Of a stretch of DNA of 64,000 nt, positions 61,896 to 64,000 are shown one piece after another. Position 1 is the stretch's first letter; every line of letters starts with the position of its first letter. The stretch is taken from assembly GCA_052327205.1 (NCBI GenBank), contig CM126235.1, positions 3,286,001 to 3,350,000 of the forward strand. Direction: 5' to 3'. Under the pieces are notes generated by a model. The model was not told the DNA's origin. It made no database searches and saw only the letters and a program-made list of their open reading frames with translations. The translations under genes were made by a program, and so were the position numbers. This stretch comes from Somniosus microcephalus (Eukaryota).

Positions 61896-62269
61896 TCAGA
61901 TTTCTAGCATCCGCAGTATTTTGCTTTCCTATTTCTCATGTCTGTCGCTTGATATATTTGCGACACTTTCAAATGTGTAGACATCTTTTCATTGTGTTAG
62001 TTAAACTCTAGCACCTGGTTCAATGCATGGTACATAATAAAGACTTGCATTTCTGCAGCACCTTTCGCGACCTCCGGACATCCCAAAGCGTTTTACAGCC
62101 AATGAAGTATTCGCTAGTTAAATAGAGCAAGGGCGAAAAGTCTGTTCTAAGTTGTGCTGGGGCTGTGCATCATATTATCCTGGTACCATACACCCCCACC
62201 TTTACACTGTCACAGTGCCAGAATCACACTAGCAGAGAATTTTGCTGTCACACTGTCATACCCAGCATT

Positions 62270-63020
62270 GCAACAACAACTTGTATTTATATAGTGCCTT
62301 TAACATAGTAACACAACCCAAGAGTGATTATCAAACAGAATTTGACAGTCATATGAGATGTTAGGACAGATGACCAAAAACTTGGTCAAAGGGCTTTAAG
62401 GAGCGTCTTAAAGGAGGAGCGAGAGGTGTCGGCAGGGAATTCCGGAGCTTAGGGCCCAGGCAGCTGAAGGCACGGCCACCGATGGTGGAGCGATTATAAG
62501 CGGTGATGCGCAAGAGGCCAGAATCGGAGGAGCGCAGAGGGTTATAGGGCTGGAGGAGGTTACAGCGATAGGGCGGGGCGAGGCCATGGAGGGATTGAAA
62601 ACGAGAATTTTAAAATCGAGGCGTTGCAGGAGCCAATGTAGGTCCACTAACGAGCACAGGAGTGATGGGGGAACGGGCCTTGGTGCGAATTAGGATACAG
62701 GCAGCAGAGTTTTGGATGACCTCAAGTTTATGTAGGATGAAAGGCCGGCCAGAAGAGCGTTGGAATAGTCAAGTCTAGAGATAACCAATGAGGGTTTCAG
62801 CAGCGGATGAGCTGGGGCAAGGGCCGGAGACGGGCGATGTTAGAGGTGGGAGTAGGCGGTTTTGGCGATGGAGCGGATATTGGGTCGGAAGCTCAACGCG
62901 AGGGGGTCAGATACGCGACCAAGGTTGCGAACAGTCTGGTTTTGCTAGGGCGAGGGATGGAGTGGGTGGCGGGGACACTGAAGAGGATGGCTGCGGTTTT
63001 CCCAATATTTCGTTGGATGG
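62270..63020 (-). mobile_element. L2 3' fragment
   Basis: Colinear with 7838-8690 (SRLDYSNALLAG, DLHWL). Confidence 0.83.
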
Positions 63021-63559
63021 AAATTACACCATCAGGCCCGGCATATCTTGCCTTCCTGCACAGCCCCACTATTACCGCCCTGTAGCAAACTGGTGAACGA
63101 GACGGGGAGAAATTTCTGCCACGCCTGTTTTTATGCCCTCTTGGAGGCTGTGGTGCATTTCTGGGTAAAGTGAGTGATGGCCACAGGGATTGGTGAGAGA
63201 TTACACTTTGACAATAGAAGTTATTTACTGTGTTAGTCAGAAGCTGCAATCCGCCTGACGTTCCCTCCGGAGGCGAGTAACTGGCGGAAGATTGCAATGA
63301 TAAACCATCAGCAATAGCCCTGCCGTTACCATGGGAGCAGGCACCGCAGTTCACAGTGCTGTGTCATTCTGCAATAATGTGCCACAGCCCCGTTTAGAAA
63401 CTGTTTCAAGGTGCAAATTTCTGATAAATAAAAAATATATATATATTCCCAGGTTGCCTTATTGATTATAACAATGTGTGCTTACATACCGCTTCCAAAA
63501 GCGTCAGCAGCGAGCAGGTTATTGCTGTATCTTCAGATGCGAGTGACACCACACCCCAG

Positions 63560-64000
63560 GTCATGGGTTCGAGTCCCACTCCAGGGACTTGACCACAAAA
63601 TCTAGGCTGACACTCCAGTGCAGTGCTGAGGGAGCGCCGCACTGTCGGAGGGGCAGTACTGAGGGAGCGCCGCACTGTCAGAGGGGCAGCACTGAGGGAG
63701 CGCCGCACTGTCAGAGGGGCAGCACTGAGGGAGCGCCGCACTGTCGGAGGGGCGGTACTGAGGGAGCGCCGCACTGTCGGAGGGGCGGTACTGAGGGAGC
63801 GCAGCACTGTTGGAGGGGCGGTACTGAGGGAGTGCCACACTGTCGGAGGGGTGGTACTGAGGGAGCGCCGCACTGTCGGAGAGGCAGCACTGAGGAAGCG
63901 CCGCATTGTCGGAGGGGCAGTACTGAGGGAGCGCCGCACTGTCGGAGGGGCGGTACTGAGGGAGCGCCGCACTGTCGGAGGGGCGGTACTGAGGGAGCGC
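63560..64000 (+). repeat. DeuSINE head running into a 33-bp minisatellite (GTACTGAGGGAGCGCCGCACTGTCGGAGGGGCG), at least 11 copies, continues past the window
   Basis: B-box gggttcgagtccc at about 63565; 11-aa periodicity in the minus-strand ORF. Confidence 0.93.

Larger units (their letters stand above)
60720..61930 (+). mobile_element. Penelope-like element 3' fragment, interrupted by CR1
   Basis: HFNSPLHSHSD...RKLEEQHLICRLGTLQPSGLN (GIY-YIG C-terminus); pyrimidine-rich UTR, hammerhead; resumes at 61896. Confidence 0.8.

Noticed and set aside
63466-63972. 168-aa repetitive ORF
   Set aside because: Translation of the SINE-derived 33-bp minisatellite.
54000-64000. Exons of a neighbouring gene
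   Set aside because: No ORF with recognisable non-transposon protein similarity on either strand.

Overview
Eukaryotic DNA from a vertebrate, most likely a cartilaginous fish: the repeats are HE1/V-SINE, DeuSINE/SacSINE1-like, CR1, L2 and Penelope families. The window holds 11 coding exons of a + strand Smaug-family RNA-binding protein gene, best called SAMD4B, from 1412 to the stop at 45725. The first coding exon lies upstream of the window. All splice phases are consistent and give about 644 aa. A long, transposon-poor putative 3' UTR follows the stop. Introns and the distal region carry a near full-length frameshifted CR1 LINE with an esterase ORF1, many SINE and LINE fragments, four or five MITEs, two LTR+PBS remnants, Penelope remnants with hammerhead ribozyme cores, and three minisatellites. 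The main leads are: Smaug-recognition-element hairpins in the gene's own 3' UTR (possible autoregulation); candidate poison, micro- and transposon-derived terminal exons; sense-strand minimal hammerheads; a hairpin-unit minisatellite beside an exon; and a LINE 5' UTR with tandem monomers and a candidate intron. Family assignments come from recalled consensus and protein motifs; no searches were run.
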